Shown: positions 8,615 to 16,085 of the stretch, one piece after another
Layout: each line of letters begins with the position of its first letter
Position numbering within the stretch: the stretch's first letter is position 1
IMG/VR virus record: IMGVR_UViG_3300021963_005690
Location: 19,584-83,583 of that record
Reading direction: 5' to 3' (one strand)
Length of the DNA: 64,000 bases
Origin: a virus
Position numbers and translations under genes: made by a program
Notes under the pieces: generated by a model
What the model was told of the DNA's origin: nothing
Database searches by the model: none
The model's input: only the letters and a program-made list of their open reading frames with translations

Positions 8615-8893
8615 ATGCTACAAAAGAAAGAACGTATACCTCTTAACCTACGCAGTAGAGTTATTGAAAGGGACGGTAAATGGTGTGTCTATTGTGATGA
8701 AGACTTGTCCGATAAAGAAATACACATGGATCATGTTATTGCTGAATCTAAAGGTGGAGAAACCACATACAACAATCTTCAAGTAACTTGTAGAAAATGT
8801 AATCTTGCTAAAGGTGTATTAACTGAATCAGAATTTGTTGACCAGTTAAGAACCAGAGCAATGAACATTTTAAATAGAATTGGAGCGGGATAG
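8615..8893 (+). CDS. small HNH endonuclease
   Basis: CVYC...DHVI..SKGG.T..NNLQVTCRKCN..KG. Confidence 0.9.
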   Translation: MLQKKERIPLNLRSRVIERDGKWCVYCDEDLSDKEIHMDHVIAESKGGETTYNNLQVTCRKCNLAKGVLTESEFVDQLRTRAMNILNRIGAG

Positions 8894-8955
8894 CGGATTC
8901 GAACCGCTGACGAACAGCTTGGAAGGCTGACACTCTACCCCTGAGTTAATCCCGC
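8881..8955 (-). tRNA. tRNA-Gly(TCC)
   Basis: CAGC-CTTCCAA-GCTG; U73. Confidence 0.95.
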
Positions 8956-8960
8956 AAATT

Positions 8961-9038
8961 TGGAGCACAGAGTGAGATTTGAACTCACGGTTTTACGGAT
9001 TTGCAATCCGTCGCATTTGACCACTCTGCCACCTGTGC
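8961..9038 (-). tRNA. tRNA-Cys(GCA)
   Basis: ACGGA-TTGCAAA-TCCGT; U73. Confidence 0.95.
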
Positions 9039-9051
9039 ATATAAATACATT

Positions 9052-9597
9052 ATGAAATATTATTCACCTATCTATTTAGAAAATATTAAAATCATTCAAG
9101 AAAAGATTTTTGATGTATTTCCTAAAACTGAATTATCAAGTAAAGAAAACTTATTCTATATACCTGATAATCTAAAATTATTTTTTGATATACCAGAATT
9201 AAAATCTGAATTAGATAATATGAACTGGTCACAATATGTTCATTCGTTTGGTTTTTATGTAATTAACAAAACATACGGCACACCTATACATATTGATAGT
9301 GGTAATAGTCTTTATAGTTTTAATATACCAATACTAAATTGTAAAAATACTTTTGTTAATTTTTACAAAACAGATAAAGAACCTGTAAAGAAATCATATG
9401 TTACATATAACAAGATTATAGACTATTATAGTTTTAATCCTACCGAATGTGTATTACAAGATAAATTAGAAATGACCACTCCACATGTCATAAAAGTCAA
9501 AGAGGTACATAATGTAACTAACATTAACGATTTACCACGCATTACATTATTAATCAGATTAAAAAAAGAAATTAACTTGGATTACTTATTTCAATGA
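9052..9597 (+). CDS. hypothetical protein, probable cupin / 2OG-Fe(II)-like fold
   Basis: PIHID...H.V.N....R pattern; TATAAATA directly upstream. Confidence 0.6.
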   Translation: MKYYSPIYLENIKIIQEKIFDVFPKTELSSKENLFYIPDNLKLFFDIPELKSELDNMNWSQYVHSFGFYVINKTYGTPIHIDSGNSLYSFNIPILNCKNTFVNFYKTDKEPVKKSYVTYNKIIDYYSFNPTECVLQDKLEMTTPHVIKVKEVHNVTNINDLPRITLLIRLKKEINLDYLFQ

Positions 9598-10031
9598 AAT
9601 ATATAGAATACTTAGATTTACCACCAGTACCCGAAAACTTAATTGAATCAATTACGGATATCATTAATAAGCCACCTAAAGCTTATAGTACAGTACCGGC
9701 TGAATATAACTTTTTCAAAACTAGAAATGTTAATGATGATTTAGCAGAATGGTTACAATCTATAGTTGAATACAAAATATATCCACAATATCAATTAATA
9801 TATAACGGTTTACCTATACATATAGATAACGGTAACAGAATTAATGCCTATAACTATTTGTTAGATACAGGAGGAAAAAATGTTAAAACGGTTGTGTATA
9901 ATGAAAACTACAAACCATTACAAATTGAACAGCTTGAGCTAAAAAGATGGCACCGTATTAATACGGGCATGTTACACGGTGTTCATGGAATTGAACCTGA
10001 TAAAGTTAGAGTTGCTATTAGCATAACATAA
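9594..10031 (+). CDS. hypothetical protein, probable cupin / 2OG-Fe(II)-like fold
   Basis: PIHID...NYLLDTGG...HGV....RVAISI. Confidence 0.6.
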   Translation: MKYIEYLDLPPVPENLIESITDIINKPPKAYSTVPAEYNFFKTRNVNDDLAEWLQSIVEYKIYPQYQLIYNGLPIHIDNGNRINAYNYLLDTGGKNVKTVVYNENYKPLQIEQLELKRWHRINTGMLHGVHGIEPDKVRVAISIT

Positions 10032-10050
10032 TCATTTATTTGTGCATAAA

Positions 10051-10135
10051 GCATATTGAAACACACTAACTACCTTGGTATGTACTAAAGTTCAATGAAC
10101 CGCTACGACCCAATCTTTAATGTATTTCAATATGC
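10051..10135 (-). ncRNA. long-stem RNA element 1
   Basis: 19-bp closing stem GCATATTGAAATACATTAA/TTAGTGTGTTTCAATATGC with G:U pairs only on the minus strand. Confidence 0.6.
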
Positions 10136-10332
10136 TCTGCATCCCCCGGCGGTAATTATAGTACAGAAAGATATGACGCTATCATACCCCTCACTCGTAC
10201 CTTCCACCCGCTTCCCGACAGGGACCGTTCTCGCATTGCTAGCGGCCTTTGGGTTTAAAGACTACCACCCGTAGTTGTCACACTACTTCTCATCGTGCGG
10301 GTCACACTATCCGAAGACACTCGGAACGTTCT
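10136..10332 (-). ncRNA. putative ~195-nt GC-enriched structured RNA
   Basis: hairpins TCCGAG-TGTC-TTCGGA, GTAGT-GTGACA-ACTAC, GGGT...ACCC; GC-rich relative to flanks. Confidence 0.5.
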
Positions 10333-10346
10333 TTTATAAATACAGT

Positions 10347-10529
10347 ATGGAACTACAAAACTGTATTGATGTTGTTGAAAAGTTGTTGCGTCAAAACAAC
10401 CGTAAATATAAAGATAGCCACGAACAATTATTATATGAACGAGGCTACCTTACTGGTTTACTAGCTAGGATGATGAGTGATGACCCTCACATTTTACATC
10501 AAGTCATAAACAAAGCAAACCATCGCTAA
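10347..10529 (+). CDS. small hypothetical protein (MELQNCIDVV...)
   Basis: 60 aa after TATAAATA. Confidence 0.65.
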   Translation: MELQNCIDVVEKLLRQNNRKYKDSHEQLLYERGYLTGLLARMMSDDPHILHQVINKANHR

Positions 10530-10530
10530 T

Positions 10531-10622
10531 TGGTGGAGACGGTGAGATTCGAACTCACGGTACATATTACTACATACGACAGGTTAGCAACCTGCTGCCT
10601 TAGGCCACTCGGCCACGTCTCC
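10531..10622 (-). tRNA. tRNA-Ser(GCT)
   Basis: CAGG-TTGCTAA-CCTG, long variable arm. Confidence 0.95.
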
Positions 10623-10628
10623 TATGTT

Positions 10629-10706
10629 TGGTGCCTCCACCTGGACTCGAACCAGGAACCTAGCGATTATGAGTCGCTTGCAACTAACCAATTGTGCTAT
10701 AGAGGC
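10629..10706 (-). tRNA. tRNA(CAT), probably Ile2 (lysidine type)
   Basis: AGCGA-CTCATAA-TCGCT, Ile2-like anticodon arm. Confidence 0.8.
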
Positions 10707-10711
10707 AATAA

Positions 10712-11326
10712 TCAAATACTCAACTCAAATTTATTTCGTTGAATATTTATTATATCTTGTTTTTGAACTACTAACAACTGTTCTGGGAATTGTACCCACT
10801 TTGCGGTGTCTCGTTCAGTCTTATATCCTTTGACTTCTACATACACTTTTTTTTCAGGCAAATAGAAATCAGGGAAATATGTTCTGGAGCCATTCCATTC
10901 ATACGGAAATCCTTTTGTATTCCTAATACAAGGAATATTATTAGCGAGACACCATTTATAAAAATTAAGTTCCCAATTTCCTTGAAATTTAATTCCATTA
11001 AAAATAATTTGCTTTACTCTTCCCCTATTAGAAGATGAGTATGCTTCTGGATTATTTTCAACTGCTTGTTTCATACTTGATGACAGTTTATTTTTAGATT
11101 CGTCAGACCAAACTCTATTACGATTTGAATTACGAATAATATCTCTGCCTGTTTCCGTCATAGGAGTAGCAGTGCCTTTAATAAACTGATTACTACCTTG
11201 TTTCCCTAACATCCCCATTGATGCTTTTTTAACTTTAGCATCAGGATTAGATTTACAATACAGTTCGTGTTGAGCCTTACTGTTGGGTGATTTTTCATCA
11301 CGGTTACAAAAATTACATTTTAACAT
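10712..11326 (-). CDS. putative homing endonuclease, PD-(D/E)xK type with NUMOD3-like segment
   Basis: N-terminal CxxC..HxxxC, WSDESKNKLS, YFPDFYLP...VEVKGY. Confidence 0.8.
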   Translation of the reverse strand: MLKCNFCNRDEKSPNSKAQHELYCKSNPDAKVKKASMGMLGKQGSNQFIKGTATPMTETGRDIIRNSNRNRVWSDESKNKLSSSMKQAVENNPEAYSSSNRGRVKQIIFNGIKFQGNWELNFYKWCLANNIPCIRNTKGFPYEWNGSRTYFPDFYLPEKKVYVEVKGYKTERDTAKWVQFPEQLLVVQKQDIINIQRNKFELSI

Positions 11327-11369
11327 AAATGTATTTAGTCCTAAAGTTCATTGCTCTAACCTTCTATTT

Positions 11370-11454
11370 TGGTGCGAGTGCCCGGAATCGAACCGGGATG
11401 CCGTTAAGCGAGAGATTTTAAGTCTCTTGTGTCTACCTATTTCACCACACTCGC
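11370..11454 (-). tRNA. tRNA-Leu(TAA)
   Basis: AGAGA-CTTAAAA-TCTCT. Confidence 0.95.
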
Positions 11455-11466
11455 ATTATTGTTATC

Positions 11467-11495
11467 ATTATATATCATACAATGATTGTAGTCAA
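11467..11495 (-). promoter_or_regulatory. internal sigma70-type promoter of the tRNA array
   Basis: TTGACT-17 nt-TATAAT. Confidence 0.7.
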
Positions 11496-11514
11496 ATAAT
11501 TTGGTCAACTAACT

Positions 11515-11589
11515 TGGCGGTCCCAGCGGGTAACGATCCCGCTCCTCATGCGTGACAGGCATGTATGCGTCCATGAACACTTTGAGACC
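11515..11589 (-). tRNA. tRNA-Asp(GTC)
   Basis: CATGC-CTGTCAC-GCATG; G73; atypical T-loop ATCGTTA. Confidence 0.88.
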
Positions 11590-11662
11590 TAACACTGAAT
11601 AGGACACCCCTTTGGCCTAGGTCGTTTAAGAGTACGCCTGCCCAGCGACTCTCCTATATTCT

Positions 11663-11747
11663 TGGTGGAGATTACTGGGATCGAACCAGTCGTGCTATAA
11701 AGCGGCGGATTTACAATCCACTGCATCACCATTGATGCTTCATCTCC
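11663..11747 (-). tRNA. tRNA-Tyr(GTA)
   Basis: GTGGA-TTGTAAA-TCCGC, long variable arm. Confidence 0.93.
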
Positions 11748-11817
11748 AAGATGAGTTACGGTTGCAAGACCTAGTGTCTCATTACTGAGAGAAGTGTCAG
11801 GGCGATGTAACTCAAAA

Positions 11818-12012
11818 AATTAGTATAAGCTACTGGGTTCCACGCCAGCCCTTAATTGAGCGGTTACTCTGTCCATCTCTTTTATTCTAACGTCTGTGTG
11901 CAGAGAGATACTGCCTATCAGATTCAGAGGATTTCCCTCGCTAACGGTCTTCTGCCACCGGAACTCTATCGCTATTCAAACGCTATTTTAACGAAAATAG
12001 TAACGGGATTCT
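11818..12012 (-). ncRNA. putative structured ncRNA, copy B (trailer of tRNA-Glu)
   Basis: paralogue of 8171-8381. Confidence 0.65.
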
Positions 12013-12013
12013 T

Positions 12014-12088
12014 TGGAAGAGCATAGGAGAATCGAACTCCTCTTCTTAGGATGAAAACCTAATGTCCTAACCGATAGACGAATGCTCC
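12014..12088 (-). tRNA. tRNA-Glu(TTC)
   Basis: TTAGG-TTTTCAT-CCTAA. Confidence 0.92.
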
Positions 12089-12090
12089 AT

Positions 12091-12216
12091 GTTATTAGTT
12101 TTGCTGACGCACTATTTGCTATGCTCAACGGAATTGCCAGCTGGACGTACCGTTTATATACATAGTTAGTTAGAGTTGACGTTTACTCAGGCGCTTACAT
12201 CAGCAAAACTAATAAC
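12091..12216. repeat. 17-bp perfect inverted repeat enclosing about 90 nt
   Basis: GTTATTAGTTTTGCTGA ... TCAGCAAAACTAATAAC. Confidence 0.8.
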
Positions 12217-12219
12217 ACA

Positions 12220-12425
12220 CTATATGAAAACACACTATGGGAACTACACTTCTAATATAAGACCGTCTCTTATATTTTTAGTTTTGTCATTACTTCCTAC
12301 ATACTCCGTCGCTTCTCCAGAGCCTAAGCCCCTATTTCATGTACTTAGCTTGAGCGTGGGCGGCCCCACAGTCCTCGCCTTAAGTACCTAACGGTGTAGG
12401 TAACCCTTAATATGTTTACATATAG
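12220..12425 (-). ncRNA. long-stem multibranch RNA element 2
   Basis: closing stem CTATATGTAAACATATTA/TAGTGTGTTTTCATATAG; inner CTACAC/GTGTAG, GTACTTA/TAAGTAC, GTGGG/CCCAC, AATATAAGA/TCTTATATT. Confidence 0.6.
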
Positions 12426-12462
12426 TCCCTGTAACTTAAACAGGGCTATATGATAACTTAAC

Positions 12463-12475
12463 TTTTTAAAGAACT
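12463..12475 (-). promoter_or_regulatory. boxA-like antitermination element
   Basis: AGTTCTTTAAAAA versus rrn boxA TGCTCTTTAACA, just downstream of tandem promoters. Confidence 0.55.
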
Positions 12476-12512
12476 CTTTGCAACTGACTCTATCGTTTGT
12501 TGCTATGTGTCT

Positions 12513-12541
12513 ATTATAACACCGTTTTGATTAATTGTCAA
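12513..12541 (-). promoter_or_regulatory. sigma70 promoter (P2 of tandem pair)
   Basis: TTGACA-17 nt-TATAAT with extended TG. Confidence 0.9.
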
Positions 12542-12594
12542 ATTCTTTTTTGTGTCTCTGTTTCCAAGAACTTCTTCAATCAATCTATACATAG

Positions 12595-12623
12595 AGTATA
12601 GCACTATTTGGATTTATTGTCAA
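12595..12623 (-). promoter_or_regulatory. sigma70 promoter (P1 of tandem pair)
   Basis: TTGACA-17 nt-TATACT with extended TG. Confidence 0.85.
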
Positions 12624-12652
12624 ACTATTAGTTGTTGTAAATAAACAACATT

Positions 12653-12727
12653 TGGTCCGGGGTACAGGAATCGAACCTGTATTGACTGCTTAGAAGGCAG
12701 CTGTATTATCCATTATACTAACCCCAG
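12653..12727 (-). tRNA. tRNA-Arg(TCT)
   Basis: CTGC-CTTCTAA-GCAG. Confidence 0.93.
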
Positions 12728-12796
12728 ATAAATTTTCAACTTGTCTCTATTGAAGTAGAATTTTGATTTATTGTCAACCTATTACTAAATATCTCT

Positions 12797-13426
12797 ATGA
12801 TATCATTGTTAAACTTACCCAAACCATCTAATGCGGTGTTAGATATGGTCACTCATAACATCAATACATTACAAATAAACAACTCCTCAAAAAAATATTT
12901 TGATGGTTCTCAACACAATAAAATGAACTGTATTGCAGGTCAAACCTTTGTATGCGATATTCCTATATATTTACAACTTTTTAAAGAGTTTAAATTTTAT
13001 ATTACTGATAGATTTCAAGCTAGTATTGGCATATTTAAAAATGTTGATACTAGTAAACTATCGTACTTGCCACCGCATATTGATAATGTACGAACACTAA
13101 GTTTAAATTATGTTATTAGTGAAGGAGGAAAAAATGTATTGACTACTATGTACAAAACTACTGCACAAAACGTAACTAAAAGTGCTATTCAAATGGAACT
13201 ATATGACAATTTAGAAATAGATGTTGCAGTAAAAACAGTTGCTAATAACTGGTATGCAATAGATATTCAAAACTATCATAGTGTTGACCATATTGAAAAT
13301 CAACGTGTTATTCTAACGTTAAGTTTTAATCATATAAACTATGATTATTTTACAAGCAAATATGAACATTTGCTTGTAAAAGATTGGCTCCCCAGGATGG
13401 GATCGAACCACCGACACCCTGATTAA
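12797..13426 (+). CDS. hypothetical protein, cupin / 2OG-Fe(II)-like; C-terminus runs antisense into tRNA-Asn
   Basis: PPHID...LNYVISEGG.NV.T...HSV....R; same family as 9594-10031. Confidence 0.65.
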   Translation: MISLLNLPKPSNAVLDMVTHNINTLQINNSSKKYFDGSQHNKMNCIAGQTFVCDIPIYLQLFKEFKFYITDRFQASIGIFKNVDTSKLSYLPPHIDNVRTLSLNYVISEGGKNVLTTMYKTTAQNVTKSAIQMELYDNLEIDVAVKTVANNWYAIDIQNYHSVDHIENQRVILTLSFNHINYDYFTSKYEHLLVKDWLPRMGSNHRHPD

Positions 13427-13460
13427 CAGTCAGGTGCAACTGCCGCTGTGCTACTGGGGA
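13385..13460 (-). tRNA. tRNA-Asn(GTT)
   Basis: CCTGA-CTGTTAA-TCAGG. Confidence 0.95.
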
Positions 13461-13554
13461 ATAAATTTGGGGCAGGGTTCAAACCTACCGCGTTACATAC
13501 CGTTATCGTTGTAACTCTGCACTATGTTATAGCCATTGTGTGCCTGCGTTTTCT

Positions 13555-13629
13555 TGGTGCCCCAGGTTAGAATCGAACTAACTACCTACCGCTTACAAGG
13601 CGGGTGCTCTACCAGTGAGCTACAAGGGC
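13555..13629 (-). tRNA. tRNA-Thr(TGT)
   Basis: CCGC-CTTGTAA-GCGG. Confidence 0.93.
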
Positions 13630-13654
13630 ATTGTTTATTTAATAGTATTATACA

Positions 13655-14215
13655 CTAGCTTAATAATATTCTACTATGTTTTGGAACACCTGCTAACAAA
13701 TATTCCATTTGGTCAGCAAGAATTGTTCTATGTTGTAGAATCATATTCTCGTAGTGATTAGGTACATAAGGTGTATATAGTAATTCCATACGCACTTCTT
13801 TCAAACTCTTATGTCCTTTTTTGCTGTTACAATCTTTACATGCTGTAACAACATTCATCCAAGTGTTTTCACCGCCCTTACTTCTAGGGACAATGTGGTC
13901 ACGACTTAATAGATGATAGTTAGGAAAGTGTTCGCCGCAATAAGCACATACATGTCTATCACGACCAAACAATGTTTTATTAGTTAGTGCTACACATGAG
14001 TGTTTGTATGGATTAAATCCGTGACCTTTGATAGCAATGATACTACTAGCTTCTAAGTAACTTAGTGTACCGTCATTTTGTATGCCACCACGATATCTAG
14101 CCACAATATTACCCATTGACCATGCTATGGCATCTTTTGCTTTATAGGTAATTGCGTCATCATTTGAGATCCATTGCCGGGGAACTCCCGAGATATCTAG
14201 TGCTAATACTGACAC
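13655..14215 (-). CDS. HNH endonuclease (McrA-like family)
   Basis: RD..VCAYCG...SRDHIVPRSKGG..TW.NVVTACKDCNSKKG. Confidence 0.9.
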   Translation of the reverse strand: MSVLALDISGVPRQWISNDDAITYKAKDAIAWSMGNIVARYRGGIQNDGTLSYLEASSIIAIKGHGFNPYKHSCVALTNKTLFGRDRHVCAYCGEHFPNYHLLSRDHIVPRSKGGENTWMNVVTACKDCNSKKGHKSLKEVRMELLYTPYVPNHYENMILQHRTILADQMEYLLAGVPKHSRILLS

Positions 14216-14265
14216 GACAAACTCCTTAAAAAAAAGATAAATAAGTATATCACAAAGGGTACACT

Positions 14266-14931
14266 ATGTCTATTTACACAGGTAACAATTATAGAAAAAT
14301 TTATGAGTCACACTTTGGTCCCATACCAAAAGACGACCAGGAAAGATCATATGAAATACATCACATTGATGGTAATCGCAAAAATAATGACCCTTCAAAT
14401 CTACAGTGCCTCGCTATTCAAGAGCATTATAACATACATTTTAATCAATCAGATTGGGGCGCATGTTATTTAATTGCTAGAAAAATGAAACTGTCGCCAG
14501 AAGAATTGTCAACCTTATCTAAAAAAGTTAATCAACAAAGAATACAAACAGGCGAACATCAATTCTGTGGGGATAAGAACCCGCAAAAACAAGAATATAA
14601 TCGTATTAAATCATCTAAGAAGATGAAAGCACAATATGAAACAGTTTGGAAAAATAATCCTGAAAACAAAAAAATGCGCTCAGTGTGGGGCAAAAAAGGT
14701 TCTGAATTTATGAAGTCTGCTGAAGGTAGATTACTGGCTTCTAGCAAAACACAATCAAAAAATCCAAATTACGACCATACGATTCTCACATTTGAACACA
14801 CTGAAACAAATACACAATTCACAGGAACTATGTACGACTTTAGAACAAAATTCATGTTACGACAGTCATCAGTGAGTATGGTTGTTGCCGGTAAGCGACA
14901 AACAGTTTCTGGTTGGAAACTTGTCATCTGA
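14266..14931 (+). CDS. HNH homing endonuclease
   Basis: YRKIYE.H.GPIP...EIHHIDGNRKNNDPSNL.CL...EH...H. Confidence 0.9.
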   Translation: MSIYTGNNYRKIYESHFGPIPKDDQERSYEIHHIDGNRKNNDPSNLQCLAIQEHYNIHFNQSDWGACYLIARKMKLSPEELSTLSKKVNQQRIQTGEHQFCGDKNPQKQEYNRIKSSKKMKAQYETVWKNNPENKKMRSVWGKKGSEFMKSAEGRLLASSKTQSKNPNYDHTILTFEHTETNTQFTGTMYDFRTKFMLRQSSVSMVVAGKRQTVSGWKLVI

Positions 14932-14956
14932 CTGTCTACATTTATTTAATGCCAAG

Positions 14957-15031
14957 TGGCGGGTCCTGTAGGAATTGAACCCACATCCCGAAGTTCGAAG
15001 CATCGTATTCTATCCATTGAACTAAGGACCC
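14957..15031 (-). tRNA. tRNA-Arg(TCG)
   Basis: CGATG-CTTCGAA-CTTCG with one U:U mismatch. Confidence 0.85.
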
Positions 15032-15039
15032 GATAAAGG

Positions 15040-15187
15040 TGGGAGCCTAACTATCTTATTGTTAGTAAGCCTCGTTAGATTGTCTCGTATAGGCAAGTTT
15101 ACACACCCGTCAATCATACTATAGTGTCATCACAGTTAACCCCACTGTGACTAGATTGACAGGGACTCAAACCTATCGTCTATCCCA
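15040..15187 (-). ncRNA. putative structured RNA (trailer of tRNA-Gln)
   Basis: TGGGA/TCCCA closure; CCCTGTCAATC/GATTGACGGG; TCACAGT/ACTGTGA. Confidence 0.5.
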
Positions 15188-15191
15188 TAAC

Positions 15192-15265
15192 TGGCAGAGG
15201 GTACAAGAATCGAACTTGTGATCTCGGAATCAAAATCCGATGTTATGCCATTTAACTAACCCCCA
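15192..15265 (-). tRNA. tRNA-Gln(TTG)
   Basis: TCGGA-TTTTGAT-TCCGA. Confidence 0.93.
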
Positions 15266-15285
15266 ATAATCTTGCTAAATAATTG

Positions 15286-15918
15286 ATGTTTAATATTACA
15301 AAAACCCCAATCTTAATTATTTCATCACCTAGAACAGGAAGTTCAGTGTTAGGTTCATATCTACAAACTTTGTGTGACGTGCCTTACTTTAAAGAACCTG
15401 ATTACACCGGCGGCAAAGAAATGACTGACTTTTATGATTATTTCTCTCAGTCAAAAAACTTTATTCTTAAATTCCATTATATCCATTTAAATAGATACAG
15501 AAGCGATATATCCAATTATCTTATTGAAAATTCTTATAAAATAAGAATTAGAAGAAAAAATATTGTTGAACAAATTGCAAGTTTTTACATTGCGACTGAA
15601 AGAGATTTTAAGTGGCATTTTAGAAACACCGATCAACTAAATTTAGTTGACACTCTTAACATTGATATAGCAAAAATTAAACAAAATATTTTATATATTA
15701 AATACGCAAATTATAGATTAAACTCAGCACCTATTAAGTTTGATTTAGACTTATATTACGAAGACTTACCCAAAATAAATGATGTAAATTATTATATTGT
15801 TCCTAAACCTTCTAACTATAATGAGTTGTTATCTACGATAACAGAATTGGTACCGCCACCTGGATTTGAACCAGAGACCTACGCCTTATCAAGGCGGTGC
15901 TCTACCACTGAGCTATAG
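15286..15918 (+). CDS. sulfotransferase-like P-loop protein; C-terminus antisense to tRNA-Ile
   Basis: SSPRTGSS, EP, R.N..EQIAS, YYED. Confidence 0.7.
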   Translation: MFNITKTPILIISSPRTGSSVLGSYLQTLCDVPYFKEPDYTGGKEMTDFYDYFSQSKNFILKFHYIHLNRYRSDISNYLIENSYKIRIRRKNIVEQIASFYIATERDFKWHFRNTDQLNLVDTLNIDIAKIKQNILYIKYANYRLNSAPIKFDLDLYYEDLPKINDVNYYIVPKPSNYNELLSTITELVPPPGFEPETYALSRRCSTTEL

Positions 15919-15922
15919 CGGT
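15848..15922 (-). tRNA. tRNA-Ile(GAT)
   Basis: CGCC-TTGATAA-GGCG. Confidence 0.95.
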
Positions 15923-15926
15923 GAAT

Positions 15927-16001
15927 TGGTGGATGTAAGTAGATTTGAACTACTAACCTATTCCGTATGAAGGAATTGCACTACCCTTGTGCTATACATC
16001 C
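15927..16001 (-). tRNA. elongator tRNA-Met(CAT)
   Basis: ATTCC-TTCATAC-GGAAT. Confidence 0.85.
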
Positions 16002-16002
16002 A

Positions 16003-16079
16003 TGGGGTGCTTGATGGGATTTGAACCCACGCATATCGGAATCACAATCCGAGGTCTTAACCGCTTGACGACAAGCACC
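16003..16079 (-). tRNA. tRNA-His(GTG)
   Basis: TCGGA-TTGTGAT-TCCGA; G-1:C73. Confidence 0.95.
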
Positions 16080-16085
16080 GTATAT

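Noticed and set aside
10190-10230. Cobalamin riboswitch (GGGAAGCGGGTG on the minus strand)
   Set aside because: No GCCACTG B12 box and no downstream regulated gene.
7803-12391. Track ORFs overlapping tRNAs or structured spacers (7803, 8013, 8268, 10249, 10530, 10624, 11283, 12176)
   Set aside because: Spurious frames across antisense tRNA and ncRNA sequence.
12220-12425. 6S RNA mimic
   Set aside because: The size fits, but the fold is multibranched rather than a rod with a central bubble.
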